From a bacterium (lineage in GTDB: Bacteria > Zhuqueibacterota > Zhuqueibacteria > Residuimicrobiales > Krinioviventaceae), in NCBI GenBank assembly GCA_963675755.2, contig CAXXMD010000002.1, positions 800,001 to 864,000 on the forward strand: a DNA stretch of 64,000 nt, given 5' to 3'. The notes beneath the pieces were generated by a model. The model had not been told where the DNA came from. It did no database searches and saw only the letters and a list, made by a program, of their open reading frames with translations. The position numbers were made by a program, and so were the translations under genes. The stretch's first letter is position 1, and each line of letters starts with the position of its first letter. Positions 18,506 to 25,966 of this stretch are shown piece after piece.

Positions 18506-19426
18506 TTAATGTTCTCCTTTAAGCACTTCAGGAAACCCTGTTTTATACAATCTACCAGACAAATCTCGTTCAAGTGTTTCAGCAATACCATTTACAAACG
18601 TTACCAACTTTTCAATATCCGGAAGATCACTTTTTCCCATTCGTTTGAACAGATACACCAGATCCTCGGTACAGACATTTCCCGAACTTGTCTTTGTAAA
18701 AGGACAACCACCAAGTCCGCCAAACGCGGTTTCAAAATGCCTTACACCAGATTGAAAAGCAGCATAACAATTTGCTATTCCAGCTCCAAATGTATCGTGA
18801 AAATGGCAGGCACCTTCAATAGCGGAATCTAGTTCATATATTGACGTATAATAATCCTGTACCTGGTCAGGATGTGCATAGCCAGCTGTATCAGCAAGAC
18901 TGATGAAACGAAAACCGGAATCGAGATATGTTTTTACAATATTCATAACCGATTCTTTGGCAATTTTACCCTCAAATCCGCATCCAAAAGCTGATTGAAC
19001 AGATAACTGGACTTTTATACCGTGCTGTTGTGCTTGTTTTGCCATTGCAATAATACGCTTTAAAGCTTCATTGGTATCCATCCCTGTATTTTTCTGACTG
19101 TGTGTTTGACTCGCGGATACACCCATACAAAACAGTTCAACGCCACAAGCTAAACCTCTGTCAAGTCCCCGTTCATTCAAAACCAGACCACTAAAAACGA
19201 TATCCTGAGAATTTAAATCAGAATTATGGACCAATTTGAACAATTCATCAGTATTAGCCATTTGAGGTACTTTGACAGGGTGCACAAACGAACCTAGTTG
19301 TATGGTTTTGATACCGGCTTTAACTAATTTTTTGACCCACATCAATTTTGTCTCAGTTGGCATTGTTTTTTGTTCAATTTGAAGTCCATCACGAAGACCT
19401 ACTTCATGTATAATCACACTTTGCAT
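18506..19426 (-). CDS. HMG-CoA lyase-family (DRE-TIM) 3-hydroxyacyl-CoA lyase
   Basis: EVGLRDGLQ, SFVHPVKVPQMA, SLADTAG, HFHDTFG, GGLGGCPF, GNVCTEDL; 306 aa, no LeuA regulatory domain. Confidence 0.88.
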   Translation of the reverse strand: MQSVIIHEVGLRDGLQIEQKTMPTETKLMWVKKLVKAGIKTIQLGSFVHPVKVPQMANTDELFKLVHNSDLNSQDIVFSGLVLNERGLDRGLACGVELFCMGVSASQTHSQKNTGMDTNEALKRIIAMAKQAQQHGIKVQLSVQSAFGCGFEGKIAKESVMNIVKTYLDSGFRFISLADTAGYAHPDQVQDYYTSIYELDSAIEGACHFHDTFGAGIANCYAAFQSGVRHFETAFGGLGGCPFTKTSSGNVCTEDLVYLFKRMGKSDLPDIEKLVTFVNGIAETLERDLSGRLYKTGFPEVLKGEH

Positions 19427-20532
19427 GCAATTGCCTCTGCCATTTCAGTTGTTGAACTGTTTCCACCCATATCATATGTTCTCACTTTACCTTCTCGAAT
19501 GACATCTGCTACAGCTTTTTCAAGTTTATCTGCCTTTTCCGTTTCACCAAGGTAATCCAGCATTAATTTAGCTGCTAATAACATTGCAATAGGATTCACC
19601 TTGTCCATGCCTGCATATTTGGGTGCGCTACCATGAGTTGGCTCAAAAACAGCATAATTATCACCGATATTGCCACTTGAAGCGAATCCCAATCCACCAA
19701 CCAGTTGCGCTGCAAGATCCGATATAATATCGCCAAACATATTTTCAGCGACCAGCACACCATAGTTTTCAGGATTTTTCACAAGCCACATACACATAGC
19801 ATCGATATTGGTTTCCCACAATTCAATATCCGGATAGTTTTTGGCAACCTCACGAGCACAACGCGTCATTAAACCACCCGTTTCACGCAATACATTGGGT
19901 TTTTCAACCAATGTAACTGTTTTATAACCAAATTTTTGGGCATATTTAAAAGCCTCATTCACAATATTAGTACATCCTTCTTTGGTTACAATACGTGTGG
20001 AAACTGCAATCTCATCGAGTGGAACATTTTCAAACTTTTTCATCTTGGCATTGTTTTGCAAAAGTGTATTGAAAACCTGTTCTGGAAGTGGATGAAACTC
20101 TACACCGGCATAAAGACCTTGTGTGTTTTCACGGAAAACAACCAGGTCAATCCCCTCTTTGTGATTCAATGGATTACCATTATATGCTTTACAGGGACGT
20201 AAATTGGTTCTTAAATTGAACATTTGACGTAATTTCACGATTGGTGAAAAATAATCAAGACCTTTGGATTGTAAATGTAGTGCAAGTTCTTTTGCAGCTT
20301 CGTCTTTAGGTTTTGAAGTTATTGCTCCAAATAGAGCTGCATCTGTTTGTTTTAATATATCTATTGTGCGGTCAGGCAATGGATTTCCTTCGGTTTTCCA
20401 AAATTCCCAACCTATATCACCATGGATGTATTCCGCATCAAGCTCAAGCTTGTTCAGGACGAGTTTGGTCGCATTCATCACATCAATACCAACTCCATCT
20501 CCTGGCAGCCATGCAATTTTATATTTAGCCAT
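19414..20532 (-). CDS. Isocitrate/isopropylmalate dehydrogenase family protein, homoisocitrate dehydrogenase-like
   Basis: PGDGVG, ALFGAITS, YFSPIVKLR, NLRP, FRENTQGLY, NMFGDIISD, FEPTHGSAPKYAG, NPIAMLL. Confidence 0.85.
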   Translation of the reverse strand: MAKYKIAWLPGDGVGIDVMNATKLVLNKLELDAEYIHGDIGWEFWKTEGNPLPDRTIDILKQTDAALFGAITSKPKDEAAKELALHLQSKGLDYFSPIVKLRQMFNLRTNLRPCKAYNGNPLNHKEGIDLVVFRENTQGLYAGVEFHPLPEQVFNTLLQNNAKMKKFENVPLDEIAVSTRIVTKEGCTNIVNEAFKYAQKFGYKTVTLVEKPNVLRETGGLMTRCAREVAKNYPDIELWETNIDAMCMWLVKNPENYGVLVAENMFGDIISDLAAQLVGGLGFASSGNIGDNYAVFEPTHGSAPKYAGMDKVNPIAMLLAAKLMLDYLGETEKADKLEKAVADVIREGKVRTYDMGGNSSTTEMAEAIACKV

Positions 20533-20552
20533 TTGATTTTCCTTAATTTCTG

Positions 20553-21884
20553 TTACATTTCGTCAAAGACCTGTTTTAATATGTCCAAACAGCAGTCAAT
20601 GTGATCTTTTTCAACAACCAATGCTGGTGCAAATCGAATGGAATTGGGTCCACAACCCAAAATGATAAGTCCTTTATAAAAAGCTTTATCTAGTATTTCA
20701 TTTCGTTTTTGGGCATCTGGTTCAAATGATTCGGTATCCTTAATGATCTCAATACCAACCATTAATCCTTTTCCTCTGACATCACCTATAAATGGATATT
20801 CAGCAGCCATTTCATCGAGTCGGGATATGAGATATTCACCCATTTGGGCTGCATTTTCAATTAATTCAGCTTCAAGTAATTCTATAGTCTTTAATGCAGC
20901 CGCACAGGATACGGGATTACCACCAAAAGTTGAAGCATGTGATCCATATGGCCAATTCATAACATCACTTTTTGCAATAATAGCTCCCAGGGGCATGCCG
21001 GAAGCAATTCCTTTGGCAACACAGATAATATCTGGTTCTAAACCATAATGTTCGCTGGCAAAAAACTTGCCTGTTCGTCCCATACCGGCCTGAATTTCAT
21101 CGGCTACAATGAGAAAACCATGTTTTTCAGACAGTTTTTTCAAGCTATCCACATATTCTTTAGGCGGGACAATATATCCACCTTCACCCTGAATAGGTTC
21201 AAAAAATACAGCAGCAACTTCTTCTGGTGGGACCGTTTTTTCAAAAATTGTATTTTCAAGATATTTAACACATTCAAAATGACAGGAACCGTACTTTTGT
21301 CCAAATATACAACGGTAACAATAGGGATAAGGAATATGAGTTACATCTGGCAGCAAGGGAGAAAATCCGGCTTTTTGTACAACTTTACTTCCGGTAAGTG
21401 ACAATGCACCATAAGTACGACCATGAAATGCACCCGTATAAGCCAACAAACGTGTGCGTTTTGTATTATAACGTGCAAGCTTAATAGCAGCTTCAACCGC
21501 TTCTGCACCGGAATTTGTAAAAAACACGCGTTTCCCTGAATTTCCGGGGGCGTTTTCAACCAGCTTTTTAGCCAATTCGGATTGAACTGTATAATAAAAA
21601 TCAGTTCCTGACATATGTAACAGGTTATCTGCCTGATCTTTGATAGCTTGAACGACTTGAGGATGACAATGCCCTGTTGAACAAACAGCAATACCACTGC
21701 AAAAATCGAGAAACTCGTTACCATCTATATCTTCTAAAATTACACCCCTACCCTTTTCAGCAACACAGGGAAAATCACGAGTATAAGAAGGAGAAACATA
21801 TTGATTATCAGTTTCAATAACTTTTTGAGCTTTGGGGCCCGGTAAATCTGTCTTGATATTTGGATATGGATATGGATTGGTCAT
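20553..21884 (-). CDS. Class III PLP omega-aminotransferase (ornithine/lysine/4-aminobutyrate type)
   Basis: LPGPKAQ, FLDFCSGIAV, NSGAEAVEAAIK, AFHGRT, EPIQGEGG, DEIQAGMGRTG, AKGIASG (PLP Lys), STFGGNP. Start moved to ATG 21884 because the track's 22055 start overlaps the upstream gene. Confidence 0.9.
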   Translation of the reverse strand: MTNPYPYPNIKTDLPGPKAQKVIETDNQYVSPSYTRDFPCVAEKGRGVILEDIDGNEFLDFCSGIAVCSTGHCHPQVVQAIKDQADNLLHMSGTDFYYTVQSELAKKLVENAPGNSGKRVFFTNSGAEAVEAAIKLARYNTKRTRLLAYTGAFHGRTYGALSLTGSKVVQKAGFSPLLPDVTHIPYPYCYRCIFGQKYGSCHFECVKYLENTIFEKTVPPEEVAAVFFEPIQGEGGYIVPPKEYVDSLKKLSEKHGFLIVADEIQAGMGRTGKFFASEHYGLEPDIICVAKGIASGMPLGAIIAKSDVMNWPYGSHASTFGGNPVSCAAALKTIELLEAELIENAAQMGEYLISRLDEMAAEYPFIGDVRGKGLMVGIEIIKDTESFEPDAQKRNEILDKAFYKGLIILGCGPNSIRFAPALVVEKDHIDCCLDILKQVFDEM

Positions 21885-21897
21885 AGCAATGCCTTTC

Positions 21898-23442
21898 TCA
21901 ATCAAATTGAATACCCTGCGCAAGAACCGTCTCTTGGCTCCAGTTAATTGTGTTTGTTTGTCTCCGCATATAGCCTTTCCAGGCATCTGATCCGCTCTCA
22001 CGACCACCACCCGTCTCTTTTTCTCCACCAAAAGCGAGTCCAATTTCAGCACCACTTGTTCCCAGGTTTACATTGGCTATTCCACAATCAGAACCGGCAT
22101 AACTAAGGAATGTCTCTGACTCTATCAGATCGTTGGTAAAGATCGATGAACTAAGCCCCTGTGGAACATCATTTTGAATTTCTATTGCATTTTCTATAGT
22201 TCCATCATATTTCAATAGATATAAAATGGGTGCAAATGTTTCTTCCTGAACAATATCCATTGAATTTTCAACCTCAGCAATAGCTGGTTTTACATAACAC
22301 CCACCCGGATATTCACTCTCATTCAAGAGCTCTCCACCATAAATAAGCGTACCGCCCTGTTCACGAATCTGTTGAATTGCTTTTTGCATTGTTTCAACAG
22401 CGGTGGTATCTACCAATGGTCCCATGAGAATATTTTCATCCATAGGATTTCCAATGGTTATACGACTATAATAATCCAACAATAGTGTTTTAAATTTTTC
22501 ATATATGGATTCAGCAACAATAACCCTTCTGGTAGATGTACACCGTTGGCCGGCAGTTCCAACAGCTCCAAATAATACATTTTTAGCTGCAAGTTCCAGA
22601 TCTGCCTTGGGAGTTACTATTATTGCGTTATTACCACCCAATTCAAGTATTGTCTTACCCAGGCGCTCACCAACTGTTTTGGATATATGCTTTCCGAGAC
22701 GAGTAGATCCGGTATAGCTTACTAGATTTACACGTTTATCATAATTTAACAGATCACCAATCTCTGACCCTTTACCTGTTATCAGTGTTGCAATACCTTT
22801 GGGGGCATCATTAGCCTCAAGTACTGCTTCAAGTATTTTTTGACATGCTATGGCAGTCAAGGGGACAGGAGATGCGGGTTTCCATACACATACATCGCCA
22901 CAAACAAGTGCTATGGAAAGATTCCAGCTCCATACAGCAACAGGGAAATTAAAAGCGGAAATGATACCTACAACACCAAGTGGATGCCATTGCTCATACA
23001 TACGATGTTTGGGTCGTTCACTGTGAGTTTGTACTCCATACAGCATTCGTGACTGACCACAGGCATAATCACAAATATCAATCATTTCCTGGACTTCTCC
23101 CCAGCCCTCTTGAATGGATTTACCCATTTCCAGAGTTACCAGTTTGCCTAGTGCGTCTTTTTTCTCACGAAGCGCAACACCCAATTGTCTGACAATTTCT
23201 CCTCTTTTAGGAGCTGGTACTTGTTTCCATTGAGCAAAAGATTGTTGTGCGGAGCGGATAACAATATCATAATCTTCTTTACTTGCTTGTTTTACTTGAG
23301 CAATTCGTTCACCAGTTATGGGTGACAAAACATCAACAACAGTACCGCTTCCAAACCATTTTTCTCCATCAAAAACACCGTCATTAACATCTTTTAAATC
23401 CAGAGCTTTTAATACTTCGGTAATTTCATCCCGGATTTTCAT
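21898..23442 (-). CDS. Aldehyde dehydrogenase family 7 (alpha-aminoadipate semialdehyde / piperideine-6-carboxylate dehydrogenase-like)
   Basis: PAPKRGEIVRQ, GEVQEMIDICD, SERPKHRMYEQWHPLGVVGIISAFNFPVAVWSWN, LELGGNNA, GTAGQRCT, EETFAPILY, SDCGIANVN, SGAEIG.AFGGEKETGGGRESGSDAWK are ALDH7/antiquitin signatures. Confidence 0.92.
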   Translation of the reverse strand: MKIRDEITEVLKALDLKDVNDGVFDGEKWFGSGTVVDVLSPITGERIAQVKQASKEDYDIVIRSAQQSFAQWKQVPAPKRGEIVRQLGVALREKKDALGKLVTLEMGKSIQEGWGEVQEMIDICDYACGQSRMLYGVQTHSERPKHRMYEQWHPLGVVGIISAFNFPVAVWSWNLSIALVCGDVCVWKPASPVPLTAIACQKILEAVLEANDAPKGIATLITGKGSEIGDLLNYDKRVNLVSYTGSTRLGKHISKTVGERLGKTILELGGNNAIIVTPKADLELAAKNVLFGAVGTAGQRCTSTRRVIVAESIYEKFKTLLLDYYSRITIGNPMDENILMGPLVDTTAVETMQKAIQQIREQGGTLIYGGELLNESEYPGGCYVKPAIAEVENSMDIVQEETFAPILYLLKYDGTIENAIEIQNDVPQGLSSSIFTNDLIESETFLSYAGSDCGIANVNLGTSGAEIGLAFGGEKETGGGRESGSDAWKGYMRRQTNTINWSQETVLAQGIQFD

Positions 23443-23452
23443 ACCAACTCCT

Positions 23453-24241
23453 TTATTTTTGATAAATATTTCTCAGAATATGGAAATCATTACCAAAAAT
23501 TGATTTTGCCTGCTCTTCCAGGCGATTTATCAATTTCCAGCTATAAATATCATGTTTGATAAAATCTTTTGCCACACCTACCAGACTTTCATTTGCTGTT
23601 AGTACGCCAATATTGCTTTTTTGATCAGAAATAATGCCCTGTAACAAATAAGAATTATCTACAACCAGTGTAAATTCACGTCCCCCTTTTTCTTTTATCT
23701 TTTCTTCTTCCAAAAGATGATGATAAACCGTTCCAAAATCTAACTCAAGGTTTCCATACTGTACAATCGCAATATTTTTATCCTGCTTTTCTTTTAGCTT
23801 TTCCTGTAAAAGAATCAATTCTTCTTCCCAGCAGAATAAAAGAATCTCATTTTGACAATTTAGTATCAATTCATTGGCTTTATTAATTAAATCTTCCCGA
23901 GAATTAATATCCCAAATATAGTGTGAAGAAATTCCCTTAGCTTCAGGTAGATGCTTTTTCAAAAGATTGATTGATGCAGTAGTATCGTCCTGAAATCGTT
24001 TTAATAATATTTCAATATCTATAGGAATATATTTAACAGGATCTGTTTGTATTGGAGAAATGACAGATTTTTCCAACAGCTTGTTGATTACTTCATAAAC
24101 TTTTGATGGTGGGATCCCGGAACGCTTGGCTAATTCATATCCCGTAATAGGATTTTTTTTAACCAGTGCAACATATGCTTTTGATTCATACTGTGAAAAT
24201 CCAAATCTTGCTAGATTTTCCATAATAATTGATATTGGCAA
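23453..24241 (-). CDS. TrmB-family transcriptional regulator
   Basis: LARFGFSQYESKAYVAL...TGYELAKRSGIPPSKVYEVINKL (TrmB wHTH) plus a C-terminal effector domain; TTG start with GGAG RBS. Confidence 0.88.
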   Translation of the reverse strand: MPISIIMENLARFGFSQYESKAYVALVKKNPITGYELAKRSGIPPSKVYEVINKLLEKSVISPIQTDPVKYIPIDIEILLKRFQDDTTASINLLKKHLPEAKGISSHYIWDINSREDLINKANELILNCQNEILLFCWEEELILLQEKLKEKQDKNIAIVQYGNLELDFGTVYHHLLEEEKIKEKGGREFTLVVDNSYLLQGIISDQKSNIGVLTANESLVGVAKDFIKHDIYSWKLINRLEEQAKSIFGNDFHILRNIYQK

Positions 24242-24255
24242 TTCGAACTCCTTAT

Positions 24256-24273
24256 TAACTACCGTTGTAGTTA
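24256..24273. promoter_or_regulatory. Palindromic operator TAACTAC-N4-GTAGTTA (candidate TrmB site)
   Basis: Perfect 7-4-7 inverted repeat between the -10 box and the RBS of the trmB-like gene. Confidence 0.7.
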
Positions 24274-24301
24274 TTATATTAAAAGTTCATAGAATTGTCA
24301 A
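24273..24301 (-). promoter_or_regulatory. Sigma70 promoter of the TrmB operon
   Basis: Minus strand TTGACA (24301-24296), 17 nt spacer, TATAAT (24278-24273): exact consensus. Confidence 0.85.
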
Positions 24302-24330
24302 GAAAAATTTATTGTATTTTTAAAATAGAT

Positions 24331-24362
24331 AAAAAAAGGCCGCTATTTAATAATAACGGCCT
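24331..24362 (-). terminator. Intrinsic terminator after the Gfo/Idh/MocA gene
   Basis: Minus strand aggccgttatt-atta-aatagcggcct followed by a T tract. Confidence 0.7.
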
Positions 24363-24378
24363 GAAAATGTAGTGTGGA

Positions 24379-25692
24379 TCAGATATTCTTTGGAACTACA
24401 AAAGGTTCGCGATAATCGCGGGTGAGCATTTCATCGGCTTCGGGATCATTAACAAATCTTTCACTGGAGGGATCAAAATCCAACTGACGTCCCAGGCGAT
24501 AAGAGATATTTCCCAAATGTGCAAGGCCTGATGAAAGATGAGCAGTTTCAACCGGTGCATTCAAAATAGATTTATCGTGAGCACGAACAGCTTTAATAAA
24601 GTTAGCAAAATGATCGCCACCCTCTTTTTTACTTGGGCCAGGTTTTACATCTCTACCTTCACCAATATAGGTTTCATATGTATCATAACCTTTAATTAGC
24701 ATATAGCCTTTAGAACCATAGAAAAGGTTACCTGTACCTACACCATCTTCTTTATTAGTAAACCAGTGTCTAACTTCAACTTCCATAAATTTGTTTTCGT
24801 CAGGCCAATAGTATTGTGAGCTAAGAATTTCAGGTGTTTCTTTGCAATCATCCCACAAAAATTTTCCACCCATGGATGATATCTTGCTTGGCAACCCTAC
24901 ATCTAAACCCCACATACTCATATCAGTTTCGTGAACACCCTGGTTACCAATATCACCATTACCAAAATCCCAATGCCAGTGCCAATTGTAATGAACAATA
25001 TTACGTGAGAATGGGCGTTCCTGAGCAGGTCCTAACCAAAGATCATAATCTAAACCATCAGGTACCGGTTCAAAGCCTTTATCACCAATATCAGGGCGCC
25101 AACGATATATAGTTGCTCTGGACATATAAACATCACCTATCAAACCATCACGCAAATGTTGAACGGCTTCCTGCAAAGCTACAGAACTACGTAATTGAAC
25201 ACCATGTTGAACAATACGATCATATTTTGCTGCAGCTTCAACCATTTTTCGGCCTTCATAAATATTATGAGAACCAGGTTTTTCTACATAAACATCTTTG
25301 CCAGCCTGGCAAGCCCATATAGTAGCAAGTGAATGCCAATGGTTACAGGTTGCTATGCTCACAACATCAATATCTTTATCTTCGTAAACTTTGCGTAAAT
25401 CCTGTTCCAGGGTAACCTTTTTATCATATTCTTCTTTGAAATCTTTGGCTCTTTGATCAAGTACTTTTTGGTCAGGATCGCATAGCGTAACAACTTCTAC
25501 ACCATCCAGGTTCATATACCCTTTAATATGGCTTTTACCTCTTCCATTTACTCCTAAAACAGCTACATTGATTTTATCATTTGCTCCTTTTGCAGCTTTA
25601 GGTAAAATCATAGGGGCAGAAATTGCTGCAGCTGCTGTAATACCTGCAGAACTTTTCATAAAATCACGACGGCTAACCTTTTCTTTTTCCAT
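24379..25692 (-). CDS. Tat-exported Gfo/Idh/MocA oxidoreductase
   Basis: SRRDFMK twin-arginine signal; VAVLGVNGRG, ATCNHWH, GKDVYVEKP, GDIGNQGVH. Confidence 0.9.
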   Translation of the reverse strand: MEKEKVSRRDFMKSSAGITAAAAISAPMILPKAAKGANDKINVAVLGVNGRGKSHIKGYMNLDGVEVVTLCDPDQKVLDQRAKDFKEEYDKKVTLEQDLRKVYEDKDIDVVSIATCNHWHSLATIWACQAGKDVYVEKPGSHNIYEGRKMVEAAAKYDRIVQHGVQLRSSVALQEAVQHLRDGLIGDVYMSRATIYRWRPDIGDKGFEPVPDGLDYDLWLGPAQERPFSRNIVHYNWHWHWDFGNGDIGNQGVHETDMSMWGLDVGLPSKISSMGGKFLWDDCKETPEILSSQYYWPDENKFMEVEVRHWFTNKEDGVGTGNLFYGSKGYMLIKGYDTYETYIGEGRDVKPGPSKKEGGDHFANFIKAVRAHDKSILNAPVETAHLSSGLAHLGNISYRLGRQLDFDPSSERFVNDPEADEMLTRDYREPFVVPKNI

Positions 25693-25763
25693 GGTCAAAA
25701 CCTCAATTTAATAATTATTTATGATTTAATTTATTAATTGAACCGGTTTAATTTTTATAAATT

Positions 25764-25792
25764 ATTATAATGTTTTAATTAGAGATTGTCAA
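25764..25792 (-). promoter_or_regulatory. Sigma70 promoter of the Gfo/Idh/MocA gene
   Basis: Minus strand TTGACA (25792-25787)-N17-TATAAT (25769-25764). Confidence 0.75.
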
Positions 25793-25870
25793 TAGTTTTA
25801 TACAGATTTACACTTTATTACAAAATGTAACATTTTTTAATAAAAGATGAACAGTTCTTCATTAAATAAT

Positions 25871-25899
25871 TTGCATTTTAGTACTTAAATCTTTATCAT
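25871..25899 (+). promoter_or_regulatory. Sigma70 promoter of the KamA-family gene
   Basis: TTGCAT-N17-TATCAT upstream of an AAGGAG RBS. Confidence 0.55.
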
Positions 25900-25966
25900 A
25901 TAAAGCTGTACTTGTAATGTTCTCTGGTTGAACTGGAATGTCGAACTTGCTAACAAGGAGATACTA

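Noticed and set aside
15516-20532. Calling the dehydratase and dehydrogenase genes leuC/leuD/leuB (leucine biosynthesis)
   Set aside because: No leuA or ilv genes are present, the dehydrogenase lacks the LeuB substrate-loop pattern, and the operon context is ALDH7, omega-aminotransferase and CoA-transferase. Gene symbols were left blank.
21885-22055. 57-aa N-terminal extension of the aminotransferase in the ORF track
   Set aside because: It overlaps the ALDH gene in another frame. Family similarity starts at MTNPYP (21884), which has its own GAAAGG RBS.
15516-24241. Standard LysW-dependent or fungal-type lysine biosynthesis operon
   Set aside because: No homocitrate synthase, lysW/X/Z/Y/K, aminoadipate reductase or saccharopine enzymes; ALDH7 works in the oxidative direction. 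Not fully excluded without assays.
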